Assembly (NCBI GenBank): GCA_963675525.2
Contig: CAXXSL010000016.1
Location: forward strand, 256,001-320,000
DNA: 64,000 nucleotides
Direction of reading: 5' to 3'
Origin: Anaerohalosphaeraceae bacterium
GTDB lineage: Bacteria > Planctomycetota > Phycisphaerae > Sedimentisphaerales > Anaerohalosphaeraceae
The notes under the pieces were generated by a model, which saw only the letters and a list, made by a program, of their open reading frames with translations, made no database searches and was not told where the DNA came from. This document shows, in pieces, positions 51,493 through 59,958 of this stretch (position 1 is its first letter; each line of letters opens with the position of its first letter). The translations under genes and the position numbers were made by a program.

Positions 51493-54400
51493 ATGAAGCC
51501 AAGCGTTAACTTAATCGCGTTGATACTGATTTGTTGTTGTCCGCTTCTTATGGCTGAATTGCCGGTTACGGACGGTTTGGTCATGCATCTTGACGCGAAT
51601 TCGATTAGCGGAGTCTCGAATGGCAGTCCAATCAGCATCTGGACGGATCTTTCAAGTGAAGGTAACGATGCCACTCAATCCACGTCCGGAATTCAGCCGT
51701 TGTATATCGCCAGCGAGCCCGCTTTTTCGGCTTGCCCGTGGTTCGCTTTGACGGCTCAGATGACTATATGAACCTGCCTTCGACAGCGGTCAATGTCGGA
51801 TCTTTTACGATATTCGCGGTTGCCCAATATAACCACCTAAACAGTAGCCAGTACATGGTTGCCGCTCATGACGGTACCGGAGATGATCGTCTCCGGCTTG
51901 CTGTAGATGGAGGCACGGTATTCGAATATCGTGCAGGAAGCACCGGGTGGAAATCGGTCACTGCTCCGGCGGATTTGGATGTCCATCTGTTTGCCATGAC
52001 TTCTGATGTCGAGGGTTTTCTGGATGGGACGAGTGTCGGGACGGCTTCAAATAGCTCGACTGAAAATCCGACAGCGTTTAACATTGGTTCGTATAACCGG
52101 GGCCAGAAGGATTTCTTCTCAGGTGATTTAGCGGAACTCATTCTTTTTAACCGTGTACTGACGACACAGGAAATTGCCGGCATGAGTGGTTATCTTGAGC
52201 AGAAATATGTATTTTCCAGTTCGGGTCCTTCGGCACCGATCGGGCTTGTCGCCACTGCCGGTGACAACAGTATCAGCCTTGACTGGATCAACACCGAGCC
52301 GGATCTGGCCAGTTACAATGTCTATCGTGATACGGTCTCCGGCGGACCTTACACACAGATTGCATCCGGCGTCCTAACCAGTGACTATGTCGATAACACA
52401 GTGGTCGACGGCACAACGTATTACTATGTCGTTACCGCGGTGGACACCAACGACGACGAAAGCGGTTATAGCAATGAATCTTCAACGATCTATGAGGTTC
52501 CATTTTGTCTTGTTGGTGATCTGCACTTTGACTGCGTTGTTGACCTGCTTGATCTGGTGGAGTTTGCCAGCCAATGGCTTGGCTCTGCCGGAGTTTCCGC
52601 TGACTTTGTCGGTGACGACGGTGTTGATATTGCTGACTTTGCTGTTTTTGCAGAAAACTGGCAGCGTGAAGGTGACTTTTCCGTGGTGATCAATGAGATA
52701 CATCACAATCCGGACGGTCAGGTTGAATTGGTGGAATTTGTAGAGCTGTACAATCCTTCACCCTATGGGGTGGATATATCGGGCTGGCATTTCTGTGATG
52801 GTATTACGTATGAATTTCCGCCGGGGACGATCCTGCCTGCCGGAGGCTATATTGTGGTTGCTGAGGACGCGAGCCTGGCCTATGCGCCGATTACGGTTAT
52901 GGGTAAATATGGTGTACCCTCAAACCTTGTCTATGGCCCGTTTGCCGGCAGTTTTTCCAATGGAGGGTGAGAAGATAGAATTGTGCAACAGCTTTGGAGA
53001 AGAAATCGATCAGGTCGATTATCAGTTGGGTTTTCCCTGGCCGACGGTGGGCGATGGGCGATTCGATCCAGTTGGTAAATTCTCAAGTGGACAATGATAT
53101 GGGCGGCAGCTGGCGAAGTGCCTATCCGACGCCGGGAGCTGAAAATACAGTGGTCTATACAAATAATATCCCACCGCATATTCGCCAGGTGGAACATAAT
53201 CCGCAGGAGCCTGCTTCCAATGATGTCGTAACAATAACTGCCAAGGTTACCGATTCTGATGGTGTTGCTGCTGTGATATTGCAGTATCAGGTGGTTGATC
53301 CGGAAGCTATATTCCAATTAATTTTCTCGACTTGTCGGAAAATCCGGCTTATGAGGATCCTTCAAACTGGACGTCTCTGGCGATGAATGATGACGGTACC
53401 GGCGGCGATGAATTTGCCGGTGATGAGACTTACAGCGTCCAGATGCCGGCTGGTTTACAGACACATCGCAGACTCATCCGCTATCGAATAAAAGTAGAAG
53501 ACACGGGGGGACGTAATGTGACGGTTCCTTACGACGACGATCCCCAGCCAAACTTCGCGTATTTCGTCTACGACGGCGTGCCGGCATGGAGTGGAGCCGA
53601 TAGGCCCGGAGTGACGCCTGTTGTGACATACGATGTCAATGTCATGAATTCCCTGCCTGTCTATCACCTGATCGCCGTAGAGTCCGATGTTCTGGCTTGC
53701 CAGTATAATTCGGCTTATAACAATGATGTTTACCGTTTTGCCGGCACCTTAGTGTATGACGGCGAGGTTTACGATCATGTTCATTTTAGAGTCAAGGGCC
53801 AGTACAACCCTTATCGATCTGGCAAAAATAGATGGAAATTCAGATTTAACCGCGGCCACTACTTTCAGGGACGTGATGACTATGGTAAGAAAAATCCCTA
53901 TAAGTGGGAATTGATGAATCTGTCGTCCTGCATTAACGTATGGAATTGGGAACGTATTCGCGGTGCTTCAGGTATCGACGAGGCTTCCTGTTTTCGCTTT
54001 TTCAACATGGTGGGTACGCCGGCCTGCACGACCAATTGGTTTCAATATCGTATCATTGACAGTGCCGTCGAGACCCATCCGACCGATCAATACACCGGTG
54101 ATTTCTGGGGATTATACATGACCATCGAACAACCCGGCGGCGATTTTCTAAAAAGGAACGAGCTGGACGACGGAAACGTTTATAAAATGGGCGGCGGGAC
54201 CGGGCCTAGTAAAACAAACCAAGGGGCAACGCAATCTATTGATTTTTCAGATCTCAACTCGTTCTGGAGCACCAGCGGATACAACAAGACCAACCCCATT
54301 CAGGCCGAGACATGGTGGGATCAAAATGTTAAACTTGATGCCTATTACGGTTATCGTTCGGTCATGATAACTGTCAATCATCACGACCATTCCGACAACC

Positions 54401-56709
54401 ATAATCACCTTAAGTATCACAATGCTGAAACCGGCCAGTGGTGGATGATGCCCTGGGATGTGGATAATATCTTCTATTGGGCGCACGATCCCGAATACCC
54501 CGACAATTGGGAGCACTTCTACTATGCATTGGGTCATGAATCGATTGAGATCGCGGCTAAAAACCGTGGACGTGAGATCAGGGATCTGCTTTTCAACGGA
54601 GAACAGTGCAATCAGGTCATTGATGAGTTGGCTTCTGTATTAAAGCCTGACCCTCAGGGCCTGTCGCTTGTTGAGGCCAATCGAGCGCTCTGGGACTATC
54701 ACCCGCGTCTTGTAGAGAAAGGCGAATTCTTTACCTCTTGGGTTTTTCCAACGCCGGACTTTACCGGATGTCTTGATTTCATAAAGAATTGCTTGACAAC
54801 CGGCAAGGCAAATTCATCAGAATGGTGCGGCGATGTTTTTGAAGAATTTATCGAAGATGCTGCGATACCGGATACGCCGACGATTACAGCCGATTCGACA
54901 ACGATTGCTGAAGGCTATCCGGAAAATTTACTGCTCTTCAATACCAGTTCCTTTAACGACCCGCAGGGAAGCGGTACTTTTGGCGCGATGCAATGGCGCA
55001 TTGCCCAGGTGGATGATCCGAGCGCGGCGGGGTATGATGTGCGTCAGCGTCACTGCTATGAGATTAATGCGGTTTGGGAAAGCGAAGAGTTGATGACGTA
55101 TGCCAGCAATATTAGAATCCCTGCCGACGGAGTTAAGCCGGGCAAGACTTATCGGGTTCGCTGCCGGATGAAAGATAATACCGGCAGGTATAGTCACTGG
55201 TCCGCCCCGATCCAGTTTGTCGCCGGTGAGGGTGTCAATGCAGATATCCTGGATTATCTGCGGATCACTGAGGTTATGTATAATAACGGCGATGCGGACT
55301 TTATCGAATTGAAAAACATTGGCGCAACCACTCTCGATTTGAGCGATGTTTCAATTACGGATGGCGTTGATTTCAGTTTCCCTGATGGCCGAATGTTACC
55401 GGCTGGTGAGTTTGTACTGGTAGTTAAGGATTTGACGGCATTCAGAGCCCAATATGGCACCGGACTGGATAGTCAAATCGCCGGAACATTTGTTGACAGC
55501 AGCCTGTCCAATGGCGGTGAAACGATTAAGGTGGAGGATTTCTGGAACGGTACGATCATTGAATTTGAATACAATGATGCCCGCGGTTGGCCGCTGGCGG
55601 CCGATGGAGCAGGGCATTCTCTGGTTCCCTTGTCATTAACGATCGAAGATCAGCCTCTGGGGACGCTTGATTTTGGCGGTAACTGGCGGCAAAGCACCTA
55701 TATCGGTGGTTCTCCCGGATCCGACGATCCGATACCGACGACGAGCGTTGTTATCAATGAATTTATGGCGCATACCGATTATCTTGTGCCGCCGCATGAA
55801 TCCAACGACTGGACCGAACTCTACAATGTCAGCGGCAGCACCGTCAGCCTGAGCGCCGATTGGTATCTGAGCGATGACGTCGACGATTTGAAGAAGTATG
55901 CCTTGCCGACATCAAGTCTTTCAAGTGGTGGGCATGTTAGCTACGACCAGGTGAACCACTTCAATCCCGACGGCACAGGACCGTTAGGCTGGGGACTGGA
56001 TAAGGCGGGTGATGAGATTTTCCTGTCGTATCTGCCCGGCACCGTGGGTGTTGATCGTGTGGTTGACTGTATTCAGTTCAAGGGCCAGGAAAACGGCGTC
56101 TCCCTGAGTCGCTATCCTGACGGTGACGGCTTCTGGTTCCACACAAACCCGGGTACACGGGACAGTGCCAACGCGAATCCGGTTGCACATGTCGTGATCA
56201 GCGAGATCATGTACCATCCGACGATCGGTTCGACCGATGAGGAATATATTGAATTGTACAATCCGACCGGTTCAAATGTCGAACTCTGGACTGTCACCGG
56301 CCCGTGGGCTTTGGATGGCGGTGTTGATTATGAATTCCCGGCCTCTACGACGCTGGCAAGCGGAGCGAGAATATTGATCGTCGATTTTGACCCGGCAACG
56401 GAAACGGCCCGGTTGGAAGCTTTTGAAACGGCCTACGGTACAGGTGACCTGACGGCTGGTGTTGATATCTTTGGTCCATGGAGTGGTGATCTCTCCAATA
56501 ACGGCGAACGGGTCACGCTGGAAAAACCCCAGGATTCCGATGATCCACTGGATCCGGCGGCGATATCCTGGATTATTGTCGACGAGTGCATCTACAACGA
56601 TTCCTGGCCGTGGCCGACCGAACCGGATGGCTTAGGCGGTGCATTAAAGAGAATCTCATCGGCACCAGCAACTTCCGGTAATGATCCAACAAACTGGCTG
56701 GGAAATTAA
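51493..56709 (+). CDS. CotH-family kinase with LamG-like, FN3, dockerin-like and several lamin-tail domains; about 4 frameshifts in the 5' part
   Basis: [10 protein letters not shown] / ITEVMYN / VINEFMA / VISEIMYHP lamin-tail starts; [25 protein letters not shown] CotH-like motifs. Confidence 0.75.
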
Positions 56710-57049
56710 TGATGGACGATCCGGTAGTGTATAAGGAAATGTATAAAATGAAACAGCAACCGGCGATATAATTGGCAAGTCAAGTGTCCGTCATCTGTTT
56801 AGCATCTTATAATGCAACAGTTTTTAATATACTATTTCGTGCAAAGTTTTTTGAGCATGTTGATTCATTGCTTAAAAAGGCAGATGTTTTTTAGCATTTA
56901 TCCTATAAGTTCACGGATGTGGTGACGAAATGGTGTCATAAAAACACACAGAAGAATCACACTCTATTCCGGCAAGAAATCACCATTTAAAACGAGCCGC
57001 AAATGAGAAACTTACGGATCGTTTTTTTCACTTATGATTTGTGGTTAAG

Positions 57050-57385
57050 TTATTTACCGGTCAGCCGGTGTTCTACGACTACCAGCAGTTCCTGAGTATC
57101 GATGACGCCGTCTGGGTCAAGATAGGCCACAATGTCTATCGCTGGATTATCCTGCAGCCAGCTTTGTGCCATCACCGCAAAGTCGCCGAGGTCCACATCA
57201 CAGTCATCCCCTTCAAAATCGCCGATATAAAACCAGTGGAACTCATACGCACCCATGTCCACGGTCGCTGTGTCTACACAATCGCCGTTGTCGATCCAAT
57301 CCGTCGATGGCGTTCGGTTCGGTTACCGGTGTGTTATCGCTGGCATCAATACACGGGGAGTACCTACTCAATCTCAGATCACCCC
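57050..57385 (-). pseudogene. C-terminal remnant of a secreted protein (choice-of-anchor Q-like + dockerin-like)
   Basis: DLRLSRYSPCIDA ... frameshift ... VDMGAYEF, GDFEGDDCDVDLGDFAVMAQSWL; no N-terminus. Confidence 0.65.
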
Positions 57386-57582
57386 CTTCCAAACGCAAAG
57401 AAGGTGATGTTTTAGTTGAAGGTGAAAGACATAGGATTTCTTTGTAGGTTGCGTGGGGAAGGAACGGCCACAGAGCCATCATCTCAGCTAAATCAGCATA
57501 AACTGTGCCGGATTCTGTGCCACCCTTAAAATCAAAATCGTCTAAGTCGTTATTATGTAGTTGCTTAGATGAATTGTTATGG

Positions 57583-57597
57583 GTCCAGTAACGCCCA
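57583..57597 (+). repeat. attR-like copy of the tRNA-Val 3' end
   Basis: GTCCAGTAACGCCCA identical to 22765-22779. Confidence 0.85.
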
Positions 57598-57943
57598 ATT
57601 GGGTTAAAAATGGTCGTTTGGCGCAACTGTCAAACGGCTTTCTCTTTTCTATACAAACACTTATGAATTAAATTTATTCAACCTTATCCGACAAAAAAAC
57701 ACGCTTTTTCCGGAAATTTTTAAGCCGTACCCTGCGGTTTCCCGGATATCCTAAATAATAAGCTTGCAATTATCCACCATTTAAAGGAAACTATGACTAT
57801 TGAAATGATTGCTACATTCGCGAGTTGAGCCGAATTAGCCTATTCTGGTAAACAGAAGACATCTTTCCATCGACCGCCATCATTTCTTTACCCGTTAGTC
57901 TATATAAAAAATTATATGGTGTTCTTTGAATTGATGGTGTCTT

Positions 57944-59035
57944 ATTAAAAAATTAGATCCTCTTAAAATCGGTCATCTTACTATCGATCCGCCAATCATT
58001 CAGGGCGGCATGGGTGTTCGTGTTTCCAAAGCCAATCTCGCAGCTGCTGTGGCCAACGAAGGCTGTGCCGGCGTCATCGCCAGTGTTGGCCTGGGCGGCT
58101 ATGAAAAGCACTCCCACGGCGCGGATTTTAAAGCATTAGAGCTTATTGCGCTGCGGGATGAAATTCGAAAGGCACGCGAGATGACGGATGGGGTTATCGG
58201 TGTCAATGCGATGGTGGCCTTGTCGGATTACGAATCGTTGATCAGTGTTTGTGCCAAAGAGAATGTGGACATGATCATCTCGGGTGCGGGTTTGCCGATG
58301 CACTTGCCGGCCTATACCGCCGGGACGAATATTCAACTGGTTCCCATTGTTTCGTCGATGCGATCGCTGCGACTGATTCACAAGAAATGGATGAAAGATT
58401 TTAACCGCTGTCCCGATGCCGTTATAATTGAGGGCATGAAAGCCGGCGGCCATCTCGGGTACAGTTATGAGCAAATGGAGCAGGGCAGCCCCACGCTGGA
58501 GGAAACGCTGGCCGATGTTCTGGAATTCACACGGAAATTGCCGACGCCGATCCCTGTCATTGTCGCCGGCGGTATCTTCAGCGGGCAGGACATGGCACGC
58601 TATCTGAGTTTGGGCGCGTCGGGTGTGCAGATGGCCACGCGCTTCGTCTGTACGGAAGAATGCGATGTCGATATCAAATTCAAGCAGGCTTACCTGGATG
58701 CCGGACCGGATGATATTACCCTGATCAAAAGCCCGGTGGGTTTGCCCGGCAAGGTGATCCGCAATGAATTTGTTGAAAAGATCAAAAAAGGCCAGACGAT
58801 GCCATTCCGATGCAAATATCAATGTCTGAGGACCTGTAATCCCTCAACGGCTCCTTACTGCATTGCAGAAGTGTTAGCCAATGCGTCTGAGGGAAAAATG
58901 GACGAAGCGTTTGCTTTTGCAGGCAGTAATGCATGGCGATGTAATGAGATTATATCGGTGAAACAGTTGATCCAAAAGATCATCCAGGAATATGAAAATG
59001 CAGACCATTTCGAACCGGCCGGATCGGTCCGATGA
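57944..59035 (+). CDS. Nitronate monooxygenase / FabK-like flavoprotein
   Basis: PIIQGGMGVRVS, ISGAGLP, EGMKAGGHLG, VAGGI, GVQMATRF; conserved N-terminus extends upstream of ATG 58010 to a possible ATT at 57944. Confidence 0.85.
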   Translation: MKKLDPLKIGHLTIDPPIIQGGMGVRVSKANLAAAVANEGCAGVIASVGLGGYEKHSHGADFKALELIALRDEIRKAREMTDGVIGVNAMVALSDYESLISVCAKENVDMIISGAGLPMHLPAYTAGTNIQLVPIVSSMRSLRLIHKKWMKDFNRCPDAVIIEGMKAGGHLGYSYEQMEQGSPTLEETLADVLEFTRKLPTPIPVIVAGGIFSGQDMARYLSLGASGVQMATRFVCTEECDVDIKFKQAYLDAGPDDITLIKSPVGLPGKVIRNEFVEKIKKGQTMPFRCKYQCLRTCNPSTAPYCIAEVLANASEGKMDEAFAFAGSNAWRCNEIISVKQLIQKIIQEYENADHFEPAGSVR

Positions 59036-59076
59036 AGCAGGTGAATCAGACTTTTTAGTGTCCTGAAAGGAAAACC

Positions 59077-59466
59077 ATGAAGATTTATGTTGGAAATTTG
59101 TCGTATGACGTCGCAGCAAGCGATTTAGAGCAGGCGTTTGGCGAGTTCGGCCAGGTTACATCGGTCAATCTTCTCACTGACAGACAGACGGGCCAGTCCA
59201 AAGGATTCGGTTTTGTCGAAATGGCGGAAGTCAGTGAGGGTCAGACTGCTATTAAGGAAATGAACGGCAAAGAGTTCATGGGCCGCGCATTAAAAGTCGA
59301 TCAGGCCAAAGATAAACCTGCTCGTCCCGGCGGCAGAGGCGGTTTTGGAGGTCCCCGTGGCGGCAGCGGTGGCGGCGGACGGCGATTTGGCGGTAGCGGC
59401 GGCGGTGGCGGCGGTCACAGAGGCGGCGGCAACCGGGATGGCGGCGGCGGACGAAGCCGTTACTAA
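59077..59466 (+). CDS. RRM-domain RNA-binding protein with Gly/Arg-rich tail
   Basis: RNP2 IYVGNL, RNP1 KGFGFVEM. Confidence 0.93.
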   Translation: MKIYVGNLSYDVAASDLEQAFGEFGQVTSVNLLTDRQTGQSKGFGFVEMAEVSEGQTAIKEMNGKEFMGRALKVDQAKDKPARPGGRGGFGGPRGGSGGGGRRFGGSGGGGGGHRGGGNRDGGGGRSRY

Positions 59467-59710
59467 TACAAAAATCAAAAGCATACAATACTGTGGTTGA
59501 TATCACGTTGATAATGGTATGGCAGTATCAGTAGGCTCAGGTTTTCCGGATCCTCTTGGAGTTGTGCCTCCAAATCGTGATAAGGGGATGATTCAGCAAG
59601 GTCTTTTTATGGCCAGGCAGTTGAATTCGAAGCCGGCGAGGTTAGAAAAGACCCTTGTGCGACAGTTGTTAAACCTTGCTAAATACAATAGCAGTAATTG
59701 AACTTTCAAG

Positions 59711-59736
59711 GCCCCTTATCTAAGGGGCTTTTTTTT
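59711..59736 (+). terminator. Intrinsic terminator
   Basis: GCCCCTTA-tc-TAAGGGGC followed by T8. Confidence 0.8.
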
Positions 59737-59958
59737 GCCTTGAAAAAGTAACCTTCCGTATCTAAAAAAATGCAAATACTGAGGATATGCTGTTTAGGTA
59801 TACTCGAGATTCCCTCCATAAACTCGCAGACAAGTGACTCCTCGGTTCGAACTTTTGACAGCAACACCCGCTTACAGGCGTATGGCCAGTGACCGCATAC
59901 CCCTGTATTGTTTGATTCACAGCGGAAAGTTTCGTCTCGTTTAAATTTTCAGGTGAGA

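Larger units (their letters stand above)
22765..57597. mobile_element. Genomic island (~34.8 kb) integrated at the 3' end of tRNA-Val; no intact integrase
   Basis: 15-bp direct repeat GTCCAGTAACGCCCA at 22765-22779 and 57583-57597; imperfect inverted repeats just inside both ends. Confidence 0.8.

Noticed and set aside
57243..57626. 127-aa ORF spanning attR
   Set aside because: Chimeric read-through across attR, island-end sequence and a gene relic
59330..59460. GGCGGC-rich repeats
   Set aside because: Simply encode the Gly-rich tail of the RRM protein
59519..59701. 60-aa ORF after the RRM gene
   Set aside because: No RBS or motif; the region looks more like structured RNA
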